Positions 53,501 through 64,000 of a stretch of 64,000 bases of DNA are shown piece by piece (position 1 is the first letter of the stretch; every line of letters starts with the position of its first letter). A program made the position numbers and the translations under genes. This DNA is from the human T2T-CHM13v2.0 reference genome, Homo sapiens, in assembly GCF_009914755.1 (NCBI RefSeq), contig NC_060925.1; one strand, written 5' to 3'. A model generated the notes under the pieces. That model saw only the letters and a program-made list of their open reading frames with translations. It had not been told where the DNA came from and did no database searches.

Positions 53501-53999
53501 GTGGGTGTTAGCCAATTTTCTTCTCTTTTCCTGTGTTATGAACCAGTTTTCTGTACTTGTCTTGAACCCTCTGCTCTCTGGTTTCTGCTTCACCACTGTC
53601 TTAAGATACTACATCTGCAGAGAATTGCACCCTCTTAATATTCTTATTCCATGGCTTTAAAAGAATTCTCCTTCATCTCTCCCTGTCTGCAGTATGGGGC
53701 ACATTCGACCATCTCCCTTTCTTGCAACTCTGTGTGCAGTGCCCTTTCTGAACTTATTACCCTTGTTTGCTTTTTCTTCTTTTATCTCTTCCTCCTCTTT
53801 CACCCCTAGGGCTTTCCTGGCTTAACTTTCTCTTGCAGCTCCTAACAATCGGTGAAATTTAAGACTATGCTTGTCTTTCTTTTTATCCCTCAAAACTCCA
53901 TCGTCTCTGAGAAATTCTCAAAATTTCAGTCCCTCTAGGTGGGTGATTTCCCTATTAGTAAATCCATCCCTGACCTCTCCTGTGAATGCTAGTGACCAT

Positions 54000-55799
<1,800 letters not shown>

Positions 55800-56199
55800 T
55801 AAAGACAGATGTGTCTGAACCTCAGGATAAACAGTCCCTTTTAGGAGCATCCTGCACAGCCAAGGGGGAAAGTCAGGCTGAAGGTCTCATTAATCCACAC
55901 AGCATCCCTATGCAGCTGTAAAATAGGTGGAGAGAATTGAAGTTGTCTTCTCTTTACAGATAAAGAATTTGAAGTACCAAGCACCATCGCAAGAACATCA
56001 AATGAGTACTTCCTATAGCTTTACAGTTTACAAAGGCTCTGAACTCAGGCTTTCCTGAAGGGGGCTTACTCCTCACTTTAGAAATGGCCAGTGGAGGATA
56101 TAGCATCAGGCCGTTCGACCACCACAATCCCCTGAAATGACCTGAGCAGCATATTCAAGTCAGCGCAGGGGTGAGATTTAAAGTTGCCACAAGAGACCC

Positions 56200-56500
<301 letters not shown>

Positions 56501-57742
56501 ATAAAGTTGCCACAACATCCCCAGTTTGTCTCTGGAATCCTCCCAGACTACCTCGTTTTTCCACTCTGCTACTCCTTGTTCATAAATTTCTTGGTTCTCA
56601 GCTGACTTTGTTTTGGCTTTACATTACGGTTTCTATCCTCCACCCATGTCTTTGCTGGATGATCTGCTGGGCTTGACTCATTCTTCTGGCTCTCAACAAC
56701 CATATGGATCCACGCCACTGCCTTTGGTCTTTGTTCTTCAATCCCCCACATTGCTCCCAAAGGGAAGAAGCAGTTCATCTGTGGGATCCACTTGATGTGT
56801 CTCACCTTTCACCAGGACCACGAGGGGCGTGGGGGCCTGCCAGCTTCAAGATGGCACAATAAAGGCATTTCTGCTACCATCTTTTAAAATCACTCCAAAA
56901 TAAGCAGTACAATAAATTTAAAAATATGTATATTATTTAGGAAACCAGGAGACAACAGCAGCCCCTAATCATACTAATTGAACCAGAGAGGGAAAGGGCA
57001 ACACACACCAGGTGGTTCTGATAATGGTGGGTGTTAGGGTATTTAGACTAGACCTTGAAGATAGAGAGTTCTTCAGTGTTTCTTTATTCCCAGAGCTTAG
57101 CATAGAACCTGGCCAAATCAAGTCCTCATCAAATACTTGTTGAGTGAATTACATCATTATATATATTTATATCCTATAACAGTTATCAGCACATGAAAAC
57201 ATTTTACTATAAGGAGAACTGTTAGAAATGTTTGCTACATTGCTAAGCGGGGCTTCCGTTCTTTCTCTTGGAGAGAGGACCCTTCTACATCCATAGGCTG
57301 AGGAAGAGAACTCTGACTAATACCTTTGCCCTGATGATTAGCATTTCATTGCTTCAATTTTTAAAACATTCACAAAATCTGCTCTTTCATTGGCTCTGTT
57401 TCAGTCGTTCATTATTTTAATGTGAACTTGGCTCTTATGGAGGTCAGGACTTGATAATTGCATTCAGCCCTTTGCAATTATTGGTAAGAAACCAGGTAAG
57501 AAACCACTGACATTTAATATTTAATTGTTTTTGATCAGCATTAATTAGTCACAGATGCACACCAGATTCCCATTTAATTAAATACTCTTGGGAACATATT
57601 TTGGGCTCAGGGATTCTAACCACATCAAAAAATAAGTGTTCAACTTTAAAAGTTGGGCCCCAGAGACCCAGGCATCCATGGAGAGGAAATTCCAGATGTC
57701 TAGCATTCTCCCTTTTCTTAGAAATAAACCTTCTACTTCTAG

Positions 57743-61426
<3,684 letters not shown>

Positions 61427-61882
61427 CTAGGGTGTTTATTCTATGGGTATGGGTTATCCAACTGAGAATCAAAGTTAGTTCACTCAAATTTCCACTGAAA
61501 AAATGTCTTCCAACCAGGACCTCTGGATCAATGGTAGTCCTGGTGGTCTAAACATGTTCTTGAAAGAAGCAAGAGAAATCAAGATTGACGAAGGAGCAAC
61601 AAAGCTTGGAAAGATATTTGTCTCTGGGAAGAATCTTCCAGGCCCTTTCAGGAAGTTGAAGGGAGAAGGTGGTCTTTCTCAGAGCCACTGCTTGAGCGCT
61701 TATGCATCCCATGGTGTGGTAACTGGGGTTGAAAATGGGATCTCAAAACCAACCCAACAGGAAGGGCAGGGGAAGGTCTGAGTTGTCTTTTGGTGCCCTT
61801 GGGTCAGGTCTACCTGGCTCAACCTCTCCAAGCTCTTGATAACCAGTATTACAAGGTCAAGGAGGTCGGTGAATGTGGGCGC

Positions 61883-61899
61883 CACTGCCCTCTGCTGGA
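61883..61899 (-). promoter_or_regulatory. Candidate CTCF binding site
   Basis: Minus strand TCCAGCAGAGGGCAGTG fits the CTCF core CCASYAGRKGGCRS, in non-Alu sequence. Confidence 0.6.
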
Positions 61900-62261
61900 G
61901 GGACTGGCATCCTCCCAAGACCTGTATTTGGCTCCTGGTCAATGTGTCTTTACCTTTGTACCTGCGTCCCTTTGAGAAGCTGAAGAAAGCTATGGAGTCA
62001 AAGCAAAAACAATATGCGCTCATGTATAAGATTTGTGTGGAGTTTCAGGGATTCACAGACAGACCCTCTGAAACCCATCCATCCACCTCCCAGGTAAAGG
62101 TGTGGCTTTAGAAGCAGATAGACCTAAGTGCCACTTCAGAACTGAGATACCTACCCTTCCTCTGTAAGACAGAAAAAAATCAAGAAGAGGCTACCCAACC
62201 TATTTCTTGCCAAGAATGCCCTTCCTCCTACTTGAACCCCATGTTTAGAAATATTTTCTAT

Positions 62262-62805
<544 letters not shown>

Positions 62806-62850
62806 TAATTTTTGTTTATTTATTTTATGTATTTATGTATGTATTTATTT

Positions 62851-64000
<1,150 letters not shown>

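Overview
Primate (human-like) euchromatic DNA that is almost entirely transposon-derived. By eye it holds about 85-90 Alu copies or fragments (roughly 40% of the window), plus old L1, L2, MIR, MaLR/ERVL LTRs and hAT DNA-transposon relics. I recognise no host protein-coding exon, and nearly all ORFs in the supplied track are Alu read-through artefacts. The main element is a 6.2-kb two-LTR betaretroviral provirus of the HERV-K(HML-3)/HERVK9 type with MER9 LTRs (20930-27153, + strand). It is inserted into an AluJ with a 6-bp TSD, has internally deleted gag and env, and keeps a recognisable but disabled dUTPase-protease-RT-RNaseH-integrase. A MER11 (HERV-K HML-8) solo LTR lies 2.4 kb downstream in the opposite orientation. 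Other notable items are a U13 snoRNA retropseudogene sharing one target site with an Alu, a ~126-bp inverted duplication (~94% identical) of part of an ancient MER33, an AluS/AluY chimera with intact TSDs, a strong CTCF-type motif, and a few Alu-free islands that may be regulatory. I found no convincing previously undescribed biological system; the findings are local genome-evolution events and regulatory candidates. Repeat subfamily names come from recalled consensus sequences and need RepeatMasker/Dfam confirmation.
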